A DNA stretch of 64,000 bases, taken from Eledone cirrhosa. Lineage: Eukaryota. Positions 23,137-35,950 of the stretch are shown here, one piece after another. The DNA lies in contig OZ024740.1 in NCBI GenBank assembly GCA_964016885.1, positions 239,940,001 to 240,004,000 on the forward strand, written 5' to 3'. The notes below the pieces were generated by a model. It had not been told where the DNA came from. It did not search any database and saw nothing but the letters and a program-made list of their open reading frames with translations. Numbering within the stretch: position 1 is the stretch's first letter; every line of letters starts with the position of its first letter. Made by a program: the position numbers and the translations under genes.

Positions 23137-24295
23137 CAAAGGTTCTCAACGGGGGTGCAATGCCCCCAGCCCCCCTCCGTTTTGGGGCAAGGGGGCGTTA
23201 GGGGGCGTTTGAAGCTTTGGGGGGGGGCGTTACAAGTGCGCTGGAAACCCCTTTAGTTTGGTAAGTTTTATAAGTCATATTTGTACGTCTCTTAGACAGC
23301 CAGTGTGAATGCATTTGAATGAAGAAAACGAAGAAAATAAATAAAAGAAGCTTGTCAACGAATTCCCTAGGGAGATAAAAGAAAAACAAAAGAAATCAAA
23401 GAAAATGAACATAAGGACGTCAACTTTGACAACAGTTACAAGAACAACTTCAACAGAAATGACAACAAAAAGAAGCAATGGTGATGAAAGGTGACGAACA
23501 TACACACATACATGCATACATACATACATACATACATACATACATACATACATACATACATACATACATACATACATACATACATACATACACACACATA
23601 TACACACACAGGCCGGAATAAGTGTTTGATGAGGTTGAGAACCTGGTCAGCTTTCAGCCAGAGGTGTGGTATTTAATCTCCCTAGGTAATAAAATCTGGA
23701 GTCAAAATGTTCTCCTTACAAAAAAAAACAAAACACATAAATCATGTCAACATCCTTACACACTTAAATATAAATGCATTTATATATACAAATGTATAAA
23801 TGCATAGCTATATACATAGGTAAATCTATGTATGTAAATATGTATGTATGTTGTTTATATATATATATATATATATATATATTAGGTTATGCAAGAAATG
23901 CTTAGGGTTATCCTGAATGCAGTAATGGTTAATTACTACACTAGATAGAGTTGACGTACGGTGAGGGGTTACTCAACGAGTTATGGAAGAATAGTCGGAA
24001 AAACTCAATTTCTGATCCTTCTGTATTCCGGAGTGTAGATAAAGAATGAATAATAACAGGTAGACATAATAAAAAGGTAATTTATTCCGAGTGCTTACAA
24101 ATGTTTCAACAGTAGTTATATAGCCTAGTCATGCTATGTGCACATTGGTAATTATTTGATTGCAGGAACTCAATTTTCAAATGCTGCGACTACCGTTTCC
24201 TCAGAGCAGAATGGATTAAAAGGTAAATACCCTTGTATTTCTTAAAGGGAGTTATTGGAGAAGATAGAGTATAAAGGAAGAGAGAAAGAAGGGGA

Positions 24296-24371
<76 letters not shown>

Positions 24372-24844
24372 TAGGGGTTGGAGAAGTGGGAGAGAGCGGT
24401 TTGAAGAATACAGATAGCTTAATCAAAATGTTGTGGTAGGGGTTTTATTATACTGTTTACTCTCAAGGTGACAGCCCTTAGGCATTGTGTTAATGTGGTC
24501 AAGATTGGGATTATTTATTGCCACAGAGAGCAGGTTCATAGATGTGGAGAGGGAGGGAGGGAGGTAGACCGAGGGCGAGAGAGAGGGAAAGAAAGAGAGA
24601 TAGAGAGGAGACAGACGAAAGCTATGAGAAGGGGATACATCGAGTTCATAGTTGTAGTCTGCAAATCGCACTCAAGTATCCATTTATAATGATAAGCAGA
24701 GTATTGGCTTGTAGTGTGGGGGTGGGGGATATAGTTAGGAAGTAGTTACTGAGAGAAATTAGTTAGCGAGAAAGCGATGTTGTAGTCTCGGGTTCGAATG
24801 TGAAGTTATTTTATAGTGAGAGAATTTAGCCTTCAGTTTGTGGT

Positions 24845-24876
<32 letters not shown>

Positions 24877-25329
24877 AAGCTACATACATACATATATACA
24901 TACATTTACGTATGTATATAACTAGGCATCTATGCATTTGTATATATACATGCATTTATATTAAGTGTGTAAGGATATATATATATATATATATCGTTTC
25001 TGAATTTGCTTAGCAATATTCTATATCTGAAAACGAGTGTGTGTGTGTATAATATACATATATATATATATATAGGAACGAGTAGGACCCTGACGGCTGA
25101 GCTCAAGCCGTTTCGACGGCTAATTCTGGACAGAATTAGCCGTCGAAACGGCTTGAACTCAGCCGTCGGGGTTCTACTCGTTCCTATTACCCACTCTACT
25201 ACCCTAAGTATTAAGTATTAAGTGTGGTAAGGAACCAGGTGGACCATAACGCACCAAAGTACTCAATACTTAGGGTAGTAGAGTGGGTAATAGGAACAAG
25301 TAAGACCACGTCGGGGTCTTACTTGTTCC

Positions 25330-25360
<31 letters not shown>

Positions 25361-26371
25361 CACACACACAGACACACATATATATATATATTTTTGTTTT
25401 CAGTCTGATCTACCTCTGGTGGCAGGGTCCGTACCGTAGATAGAACTCAATGTAATCTTCTAAAATCCAAAGAGAAGTTCTGTGTTTCGTTTAATTAATT
25501 CTTTAGATAGAGAGTCAGATATTTTGGATATATCTGATCTTGGATAAATCAACGAGTTTGGAAATAATTAGGAGATAAACTCAATTGGACAAAGATTTTT
25601 CTTAAACACCCCCGCCAGAAACGAATTCAAAATGGCTAAGAATTGTCACGTGGCCAGTGGTCAAGTCAGAATTCGTCATTGAGCCACACCGTGAATGGTT
25701 GCCAAAAACATATATATATCTATGTCTATAGCTCTGTCTAGTTTATGTGTATATAAACCTTTAAATTTTATATATATATATATATTCTTTCTGTACCAAA
25801 ACCAAGGCACACACACACGTTTGTGTGTGTGTGTATGTATGTGTCAGTGTGTGTGTGTGTGTGAGTGCGCGCGCGCGTTTATGTGTGTGTGTGTATCTAT
25901 CTATGTATATATATATAAGGGATAGAGATATTGCTTTCTCACTGTCACCAAGCTTCTAAATTTATTTGTTGCTACTAAGTATTTTATTTTGCAAGATACT
26001 ATGTTTGTGATTGCAGAGAAAGGTAAGAAATTCTTCATATTTTGCATCTTTTGTATTTTGACTTTACAGTTTGAATTGTAGGATTGCCTATCCACTCAAC
26101 ATATTACAACAGCTAACAGTGAAATATAGAATTTAAAAAAAAAAAGCTTTTTCGACTGAGATCAAATCTTTGAGAACATTCACGTCTATTTTTCAAAAAT
26201 AGACGTGAATTTGAAATAGCTTTGGATTGAAACTTTTTGTATTTAATTTGTACGAGTATTTTTAAAGATTCTAACATAACTTGATTTGACCCAGTAATCT
26301 ACTGATATCAAAATCAGTAGTATATTGAAAAATGGAAGAAAAAAAATTGAAAAATGGGTTGAGAACCTTTG
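23137..26371. mobile_element. Non-autonomous hAT (Charlie-like) element, 3.2 kb
   Basis: Perfect 14-bp TIR CAAAGGTTCTCAAC / GTTGAGAACCTTTG. Perfect 8-bp TSD GTGTAGAG (23129-23136 and 26372-26379). GGGGGCG subterminal repeats. Confidence 0.88.
24092..24208 (-). ncRNA. Type I hammerhead motif with about 70-nt insert in stem II
   Basis: TGCT-CTGAGGA-AACGGTAGT...ACTACTGTT-GAAA-C-ATTT-G-TA-AGCA. Confidence 0.65.
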
Positions 26372-26448
26372 GTGTAGAGCTAGGCAGAGTGTAGTATAAT
26401 AAAATAAAACACGGGCGAGTGGTTACTCCTTCATTGCGTTTATTGGTT

Positions 26449-26533
26449 GGTGACGTGCGTTTCGCTATTGATCAGCTCAAGGTTCAATCTGTATCGATAT
26501 AGCCCGACTCTGTAATCAGTGGCTCGTCGGACC
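26449..26533 (-). ncRNA. Hammerhead-like motif (variant core CCGACGA) with long stem II
   Basis: GGT-CCGACGA-GC...GC-GAAA-CGCACG-TC-ACC; related partial copy at about 30500-30575 on +. Confidence 0.5.
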
Positions 26534-26556
26534 TCTTTGGTGGTAATGACAGAATG

Positions 26557-26623
<67 letters not shown>

Positions 26624-26670
26624 GTTATATCGAACAATAATAATAATTTTCAAAACGTTTGTAAACAAAC

Positions 26671-26702
<32 letters not shown>

Positions 26703-26895
26703 GTTTGTTTATATATATATATATGTGTGTGTGTATGTATAGAGTAAGAAATGTCAAGATAAAATGTATCCAGATACCATGCGTATGCGTACACTTATAT
26801 AAGATGATTTGAAAGTAAGTGAATGAACTTACATAAAGGTGTTGAAAGATGGATTCTTACTATCTATAGAGATACACACACATCTCTCTCTCTCC

Positions 26896-26947
<52 letters not shown>

Positions 26948-27085
26948 ATGTATATATATATTATTATTATTATTGAATAACCAATTAGACGTAGACCACC
27001 TCTGAGTTAAATATCTCCAATTTTGTTTTTTGTCTCCGTGTGCCGAGTTTGTGTTTACCATGATTCATTTATGCCTGTTATGCAA

Positions 27086-27143
27086 TGCACCTGATGATGT
27101 CGCTGGAATTCTACTGGCTATTGAAATGTATATACTGTCTGCA
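27086..27143 (+). ncRNA. Degenerate hammerhead motif in a probable PLE end (about 26975-27320)
   Basis: CTGATGA at 27091, imperfect stem II, GAAA at 27123, palindromic GTATATAC, GTC; AATAAA follows. Stems are eroded. Confidence 0.35.
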
Positions 27144-27324
27144 AAAATAAAAACTTCAAAGGAATTCTAATTTTCTGGCCTCCTGTCACTTTATTCAATA
27201 ATATTTAACTCCGTTCCTCCTTCACCACCAACAGAAACGTAAATCAAAGATTGACTCTTTTTCCTACTTTTTCATACAGAATGACAATTTCAATCAGTGT
27301 TGAACTACCAACTTCAAAGAGTAT

Positions 27325-27383
<59 letters not shown>

Positions 27384-27455
27384 CATTTCCAAAGACAATT
27401 GAAAAGCAAAGAATTACATAAAGATTGTAAAATTCCGACTATATATATATATATG

Positions 27456-29373
27456 CAGTGGCGTAGCTAGGGTAAACGGCGCCCAGGGCAAGCATCAACC
27501 CCCACACATACACACACATACACACATACCCCCCCCCCCCCCCCACACACACACACCCATCAAAGAGTCAAGATCTACAAAGACGAAATTGCGGTAGAAT
27601 TTTTAATAAAAATAAACAAAAAACGGTTACAACTTGATTTTTTGGGCTTTTAATGAAGCAAACTGGTTGATAATTTCCTCCAAATCAGTTCGTTCAAACT
27701 CTTCCATTTCTACACTCAAAAGGGTGAGGTCAGTCAGCGGTTGTTGCCCCATTGAGGTTCGCAAGTACGAATGTATTATCTTCAGCTTGCTGAACGACCT
27801 CTCGCAACTGGCAATTGAAATAGAAATCGTCAACATTATTTGAATGCTGATTCGCAAATTGGGAAAAACACATTCATCGCCATATTGTATGATGAACTGG
27901 AGAAGTGCCTCCGGCTTTAAAATTGGGTCAGCTGTCCTAGTAGCCAGCAAAGATCGGCAGTCCAAGATTTCCTCATACAATTGCTCTCCGTCGATGTCGG
28001 AGTTGTATAGTTCCGCAAGACTGTTGCACCGTTGTTTAAGGATAAGGTTATCAGGAGCAGCCAAATAAAACAGATAGTTGACATCAAGAAGAAAGCCAAA
28101 ACTTGAGTCGGTTTCCTTAAGTCGAATAAACCGTTCTACCATTTCTGTTTGAAGACGATTGAGTGAACTTTGCATTGCTCTCTCTATCTCTTTTCTGGCA
28201 GCCACCTCGACGTCCTCAGTAATTTCGGTATTGGTTTGTCGTCTTCCTCGCCTTCTCGGAAAATCGACATTCGATTTCTGGTAGAGGTCGAGCCGATTTC
28301 AAGAGACTCATGGATTAAGGATGTTCCTTCTTCTTTAAAATAAAGTTGAAGGGCTCCTATATCAGCTGCAGCATCGTGAAAATTTATTCTTGGATCTTGA
28401 AGTCTCTTTTGAACCCGGTCAATTCGTGAGAGAATCGTGTTCCAGAATCCAATCAAGTTCAGGAATTCATAACTCAGTATCCGATTATGGAGATTACTGG
28501 CATCACTTCTACTCTCGCATGTCCCTGTTTCATCATCACTAATTTTTTCGAGAACTTGAACAATCAGCGTCAAATAATTCGCCACCGGTCTGACTGCGGT
28601 ACATTTAGCACTCCACCGCGTGTCGGAAGGATATTTAACAACCACTGGAGAAACTTCTTTAAGGACTTCCCATCGTCGTGTTGAATGAGAAAAAAAGTCG
28701 TATAACGAGTCAATGCAACTGAAAAAGTTCATCATAGCAGAATCGTTTTTGGCTGCATGAAGACCAGCCAGATTAAGGGAATGGTTATCGCAATTAACGA
28801 AGTGAATCAAATTATTCTTCTCTCTCATTCTCTGCTGAACCCCACTGCGGTGCCCAGCCATTATGGCAGCATTGTCGTAGCACTGCGATCGACAGTTCTG
28901 CAGTGGTAGGCCATCTTTTTCTAGCTCTTTCACGATTGTTTCAACAAGGCTTGCGGCATCTTTTTTGATTACTTGAATGAATCCAAGAAAAGATTCCCTC
29001 ACAACGACCGTCTTCATATTGAAATCAACATCGACATATCGCACAACTTTTGACAGTTGTTCTCGGTCAAGTGAGGTATCCGCTGTTTTGCAATGTCTAG
29101 CTAAAAATAGTGCCCGCATAACTGCAACCCACCCTGCTGTCAGTGTGGAGAGGGGGGGGGGCGTTTTGTGAAGTCAACTCAGACATCTGCTCTGTCTAGT
29201 GCGCTAGACATGGCGTGGAAGTCGGCTATTAAGAAATCACATGCTTCATTTTTGGCTTATATTTTTAAAAATTGATACATGGATGTAAATCGACCTAGGT
29301 CGAAATTGCGCCCCCCCCTAAATATGGCGCCCGTGGCATGTGCCCTGCTTGCCATACCCTAGCTACGCCATTG
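27456..29373 (-). mobile_element. Internally deleted hAT transposon (ZMYM1-like/Tip100-type transposase)
   Basis: 19-bp TIR CAGTGGCGTAGCTAGGGTA / TACCCTAGCTACGCCATTG (1 mismatch); 8-bp TSD TATATATG/CATATATG. Confidence 0.9.
27627..29095 (-). pseudogene. hAT transposase pseudogene (frameshifted, N-terminus missing)
   Basis: EQLSKVVRYV, SQCYDNAAIMAG..GVQ, NCDNHSLNL (CxxH), TRW, and SCERSFSKLK (hATC dimerisation), split over two frames. Confidence 0.88.
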
Positions 29374-29682
29374 CATATATGTACCCCTTGATAGGTTTAC
29401 TAGATTCCCGCCGTCCTAATACTCTAGCTGTAGAAACGGACGGAGCTCAGCCGTCGGGGTCTTGATTCTTTTCCTACACACACACACACACATATATATA
29501 CATATATTATATGATGGACCATATCATAGTCGAATTTTGTAAACAAATTTATACTCTCTATATATAAGTATTGAATCTGTTTTCAGTTAATGTTCGCATG
29601 AAATTATTAATGATCACACATAAAAACTCACAATATATTAACGTGTGTATATGTGCGTATTTATGTTGGTCTGTGTGGGTGA

Positions 29683-29775
<93 letters not shown>

Positions 29776-30413
29776 CTAAAATCGTTTTAAGCGAATAGCT
29801 ACTTGAGTTTTTCTATTAACAGAAACAACTCTGCTTCGATCTAAAAGCAAAATTGCTCATTCATAGATAATATTTTTATATCTGGAATTTTCTAATTTGC
29901 TAATTCCAACTTCATTTTATATGGTTGTTTGTTTTGACGACCATATCGATAGATTCGATGTATTGGAAAGACAACTGGTCTAGACGGTTTTAATTTTTAT
30001 TCTTATGCCTAACCATCTTTTTTTTTAGTTAATGCAATGTTTGATTTTTTTTCATCCATCATTTCCACTTTTATTTACTTACAGGAATTCACGCCATATA
30101 AGACCTCATTTCAGTAAAAATTCCTAGTTGTAATTGACACAATAGCTGTCGCTCTCGTGTTGATTCTACTTCGCTGAAGTTGCTGCCAACCACCCTAATC
30201 TTCAAGCAGATAGGAGTCATGTCCTGATTGTCGCACTGCATCTCATAACATAAGCTATTTCAGGTCGAAATGAATAGTTCTCATATACAGACACACAGAC
30301 ACACAGACACGGGCGCGGGCACACACACACACACACACACAGACATAGACATACACACACATACACATATATATATTTATGTATATATAAATGTGTGTGT
30401 GCATATTTGTGTG

Positions 30414-30476
<63 letters not shown>

Positions 30477-30627
30477 AACTATACATTTCGATGAAATTTT
30501 GATCACAAAGTCGGGCCCGATCGATGCAGATCAAGCCTTGAGCTGATTAGTCCTGAAACGTGCGCGTCACAGCTGAATAAATGTAATGAATATTTAACAC
30601 CTCGTCCTTTTTATTATTATTATTATT

Positions 30628-30808
30628 GGTGGATTGGCAGTATCGGTAGAGGGTCGGACGCCATGCTTTCCAGCATAGTTACGTCCCTTTACGATCTGAG
30701 TTCAAATCCCGCCGAGGTTGACTTTGCCTTTCATCCTCACGGGGTCGATAAAATAAAGTACCAGTAATGCACTGGGTATTGCTGGCCTTGTGCCTAAAGT
30801 AGAAACAA
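30628..30808 (+). mobile_element. tRNA-derived SINE
   Basis: A-box TGGCAGTATCGG, B-box GAGTTCAAATCC, body GCCTTTCATCCT..GGGGTCGATAAAATAAAGTACCAG, (ATT)n tail; many copies in the window. Confidence 0.85.
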
Positions 30809-30829
30809 TTATTATTATTATTGTTATTC

Positions 30830-31019
30830 CAGGGCAGTGGATTGGCAGTATCGGTAGAGGGTCTGATGCCATGCTTTGCAGCAAAGAATTACGGCCCTTG
30901 CCATTCTGAGTTCAAATCCCGCCGAGGTTAACTTTGCTTTTCATCCTTACGGGGCCGATAAAATAAAGTACCAGTAATAAACTGGGTTAATTGCTGGCCT
31001 GTGCCAAAAGTAGAAACAA
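30830..31019 (+). mobile_element. tRNA-derived SINE, tandem second copy
   Basis: Same family as 30628. Confidence 0.85.
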
Positions 31020-31029
31020 TTATTATTAT

Positions 31030-31281
31030 GTTCTTTGACTCTCAGTCATTGATGTTATTTAACTGGAAAGTTTGTTGAAATGAATATCAAGGCGCTACCT
31101 GCAGCCTCAGATATTCAGGACGTATCGCAGGGTTCTTGCTGTAACCAGCAAGCATGCCTTTTGAAGTGTTCCAAAAAGCGAGGCTGGACTAATCTTCTTT
31201 AAGCCCCCTTGGAAACTCTTTGAGATAGTACCTAGTGCGCCTATGACAATCGGGACGACCTTGATTTCATGGCAGTATAAC
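31030..31281 (-). mobile_element. 3' fragment of an R4/Dong-like RLE retrotransposon in (TAA)n
   Basis: Minus strand HEIKVVPIVIGALGTISKSF..TLQKACLLVTARTLRYVLNI* (stop 31107-31109); (TAA)n on both sides. Confidence 0.75.
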
Positions 31282-31518
31282 TATTATTATTATTATTATT
31301 ATTGGTGACCTACGTAGTAAATCGTATTATCGTGAGCTCCGCAAAGGTTTGTTATTTTCAGTTGTTTAAAATTGCCATTATTGGAAAATGTTTATTGTTA
31401 ATTGTATATAAGTGCACATACATTGTTTTCTGAAAAGGACACTCAAAAAGATTGGGGCCTTGAGCCCAAAATTTAAACTTTTATAATTATCAAAAAAAAA
31501 ATATTTCTTTGAAAAATC

Positions 31519-32721
31519 ATGGCCGACTCACAGCTGAACCCACACCGACACCACCATTGTAAATATTTCTATGTTTGCCAACACTAAAAATATAAGCAGT
31601 AGCAATATTTTAAATTTGTCTCAGGCAGACATTCATTTCCCGCCATTACCAATGACTGCAGGTGTTAAAGCCGCCACCCCCACGACCATCACCACAGCGA
31701 CAACAGATACAAAAGAAAAAAATAAATTAACTCGTGATATCGAAATGAATTCAACCAAAATGAACTGATCCACACCGAACACCACTGACGCCACCACCAC
31801 CACAACTGAAACTAAAATTAACAATAACAAAAATAACGATAACAACAACAGAAACAATGAAATTAAGAAAACTACCCTGTCTTTTGCGAGAGTAGCAAGA
31901 ACGTGCGAAGCGATCCAGGTAACTAGGATGAATTAGAAGAAGCCAAAAGAATGGTAAAGAAAGATGGGTACATGGTCAGCCCCCCCCCCCCCACACACAC
32001 ACACACACACCTAATAAAATGGAGCATAGTCGCCTATATACCGTGTCTTATCGGACAATTAACATAAAATCGCGCCGAGTGGAACGGGCATCCGAGTCCC
32101 AAATCCCAAAAGCTTTGGGACATGTGTGGGCATAAAAAACCTACATCAGACGTGGGCAGAAGTGTGGAACCGTGGACGTGTTCTTTGAAACACCACAGGA
32201 GGCAAGAGAACACTCCATGGCCCCATTAAGAAGTGACGACTTCACACTCATCCCAAGCATTGTGGCCAGAGACTTGTGAAGATCAGGGTGACCCACGTTC
32301 ATCACCACAAACACCAAGACCATCATTAACCCCAACACCACCATCACCAACACCACAAAAGTCACCAAAAAGCGTAACAGAAACAAACCCACAACAAACG
32401 CAAACAAAACAAAACAACCAAAACGATACACACTACACAGCAATAAATTTGAACAACCAATTATTAAACCACATCCAACACAACACCAGCATCACAGAAA
32501 AAGACTACACAACAACCCAAAAGTTCACACCACCTCCACACATACAAATCACTCGCATCACACAGAAAACGTACACGACACTAAAACAAAAATTCCCCAA
32601 AGACATCGGAGACTTTCGACAAACACTCTCCAGGAGGATTTATACGGACATCCTTCCGGAGGAGGCCACAAGCAGTGAAAATGATGTAGAAACCATCCTT
32701 CCTCTACGAGAAGTAAGGTAA
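31519..32721 (+). pseudogene. Tx1 ORF1 pseudogene
   Basis: TVSYRTINIKS..APLRSDDFTLIPS matches TVKFRTINNST..SPIRSKNFTFYPS; HYTAIN..LKQKFPKDIG matches HYTYIN..LKKDFKEDVG. Stops present and the knuckle region is deleted. Confidence 0.7.
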
Positions 32722-32755
32722 GTGGTCTTTCCCATCTTTTCCACTCCATTTCAAC

Positions 32756-35700
32756 ATGACCTCACTCAGAATAGGCAGCATAAATGCGCGTGGCTTGGGG
32801 TCGTCATGGAAGCAGGGCCACCTGCTCAACGACCTCAGGTCACTAAACATAGATGTAGTGGCCATCAACGAGACCAGAATCTCCGAAGCACGGGCCTTCG
32901 CACCGATCTTCAGCGGCTACGATGTGTACGCATCTCCCAGCCGACCGGGATTGGGGGGAGGAGTTGCTGTGCTTTTTCGGAGAGGTTTGGATCTCGGAAT
33001 ACGGGCCATCTTCCTGGACCCAGATGGTAAGTTGGTGGTGCTAGACGTGACCAGCGGAGACGGGCAAGCTTTCAGGCTAGTGGCCGTCTAGGCCCCGACA
33101 GGCGCAGGGCGGCCAGATTTCTTCCGGCGTCTGGAGACCTTTCTTGGAACGTCCCGCTCTTTAGTGTTAGTGGGCCACTGGAATGGGATATTATATGCAC
33201 GCTGGGACTGTGTGGGATTAGCAGATAGGGGAGGAGGGCGCAAGAGCCTCACCAACCTGCTCAGGCGTTTTGAACTGTCTGACAGGTACCGATTGGATTT
33301 CCCGAATGTGCCAATGTGGACTTGGACAAATCGCATAGGGTCATCCAGATCATATCTAGATAGAGTATTTTGTAGAAAAATAGATAGGTCTAGCATAGGC
33401 TGTCCACAATTCAAGATGGTCAGCTACACGGACCACAAATTCGTGATCTGTGTGCTTGACTTAGATAGGCTTCATAGACGAGGACCTGGCTACTGGAAGC
33501 TAAACGCGTCCTTACCAGCGCGCAAGGCCTACAGAGACCGGATTAGCGAACTAGTTAAGCGGGCGTTGACGGGGGGCCATCGTCAACAACAAGTGGTGGT
33601 TTGCTCTGAAAAGAGCAATTAGAATAGAGTCCATTAGGTTTAGTAAGGCTTTAGCAATAGAGAAAAATAGAGCAGATGGAGAATTAGTTAGAGAATTAGA
33701 CGAGGCGCTTAGCAAAGGCATCACGACCGACGTACTTGCGGCGAAATTGGCCTCGACCAATTCTTCAAGGCAAAGCACGAAGGCTGCGTTGTCAGAGCTA
33801 GGGTGGACCACGGTCTTTGGTGGACCACGACGGGCGCATGCTACTCGATCCCGGGTAAATGTGTGAAGCTTTTCAGCGACACTTCGCTCAGTTGTTCGGG
33901 GCTAGCGGAGGGCCGGATCGAGGGATGGACTTCAGTGTCTACCTCGACCGACTGCCGCGGCTTTCGGCCACTGAGGCGGAGTGTTGCGAAAAGCCGATAA
34001 CAGCCGCTGAAGTACGGGAGGCAATGACTAGCTGCACAAGGGGTAAATCGCCTGGTTTGGATGGTCTGCCCTATGAACTTTACGTACAGATGCCAGACTT
34101 GTTCGGGGGCCTCTTGGCGGACGTCTACTTCAACTGGCAACAGAATTGTAGAATTCCCAGCTCTCTGAGCCGAGGAGCTGTGGCGCTGCTGAGAAAGGAT
34201 CCGAACAAGGGGGATAACATAGATAATTTTAGGACCATAACTCTGCTAAACACAGAGTTCAAGATATTGGCCAAGGTGCTAGCAAAGAGGTTGGCACTTG
34301 TCGTTGGTGGTCTGGTGGGAGAGGCGCAGACATGCGCCATTCCCGACAGATCCATCCACGACAACCTCCACCTCATGCGATACATCGTAGAGAGGGTAGC
34401 TAGGGAACTTGGCACGGGTGGGTCCTTGATCAATTTAGATCAGTCGAAAGCTTTTGATAGAGTCGACCATCGTTACCTAGCGGCAATCCTGAGGGCGGCT
34501 GGCTTTGGGCCCGTCTTCAGAGGCTGGATTGCTGCCATGCACAGCGACATCTGCTCTGTGGTGAGAGTGAACGGTCACCTTTCGGAACCGTTCAACATCA
34601 TGCGCTCGGTCCGCCAAGGATGTCCCCTCTCGTCCCTCTTGTACGTATTGACTCTCGAGCCATTACTGCACAAACTGGAGACATTGAGGGGGTTCCCGCG
34701 CGAACTAGGATGCGGAAGATCCATGTCAGCATATGCGGACGATGTCACCCTAGTGGTGTCGAACGCCAAGCACATCGAGGCGATCGGCACTACACTAAGA
34801 GAATACGAAGCGGTGAGAGGAGCAATGATCAACCAGGAAAAGTCAGTGGGCCTGCAGCTCGGCACCTGGGGAGGCAGGTCCATGCCGTCCAACAGCGTCG
34901 TCGGGCGCTGGACGGACAGACCAGTTAAATTGCTCGGGGTCTGGTTCGGTCCGGATCTCCAGACGGACAGAAACTGGGACGAGGTGACGAGCAGGGTGGC
35001 TTCTTTCACCCAGAAATGGGCCGAGAGGAAGCTATCCCTGAAAGGTCGAGCGGAGGTGGCTAACGCGTTTATCGCGTCCGTCATCTACTACCGCCTGACC
35101 ATTGTACCTTGTCCTAAGCCCCGCCTGACTGCGCTGGAGCGTTTGCTCTTTCGTTTTTTGTGGAAGGGACGCGCTCCGATGGTCAGGCGGTCCATCTGCT
35201 GTCAACACCCGCTACATGGAGGGCTGGGAATACCGTGGCTGATGATGCGCAGACACGCGCTCAGGCTAAGACATCTCCACCTCTTCCTAGACGGTGATCA
35301 GGTGTGGTCTCCGTTTGCTAGATGCGTCTTTCCCCAGCTCGTCTCCTTGACGGAGCTGCAGTCATGGGTCAAGCGAAGAGCGAGAGGGAGCGCTTGGAGA
35401 CTGGAATGTCTTCAGGCGCTCACAGTCCTCGACCAATCGGGCAATGTGATCGGTGGAAACTCCACATTGGCGTTCTATAGAGGATTAGTGGAAGGGAAGA
35501 GCGACGACGTACTTGGGGAAACTCTAGGCGTCGACGAAAATCAACTAGCCAATCTCTTCGGAAGAACTTTCGGGCCGGGGCCTATGGACAACTTCCAGAA
35601 ATCCCTGGCCTGGAAGTTCTACCGAGGAGCTTTGCCAGTTCGGGATAAACTCTACAGGCATGGAGGTGCCGTCAGCCGGGCATGTCCGAGATGCGCGCAG

Positions 35701-35950
35701 GGCGACAAAACCCTCCTGCACGCACTCGTCCAGTGTCCGAGCATTGCTGAATTGTGGGTTTATGTCGAACACCTTTGAAAGGGCTGAAGACGAGCACTTA
35801 CCTCTTCGGTGATGCCCAGATTAACTTTTTCAAATTTCATTTGAAAAGGAAAATCAGGGTAGAAAGGGAAGTGCTCTCTTCCCAGCATTTTGTTGAAAGA
35901 TGGGTGAGAGAGCCTAGAATGGCCCGAGTGAATGGGTATATGCCTGTAAA
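32756..35950 (+). pseudogene. Tx1 ORF2 (APE-RT) pseudogene
   Basis: INARGL, TDHK, YADD, CPRC; broken by a stop at 33089-33091, frameshifts and deletions. Confidence 0.92.

Noticed and set aside
30628-30720. tRNA gene
   Set aside because: A and B boxes are present but there is no cloverleaf; it is the head of a multi-copy SINE.
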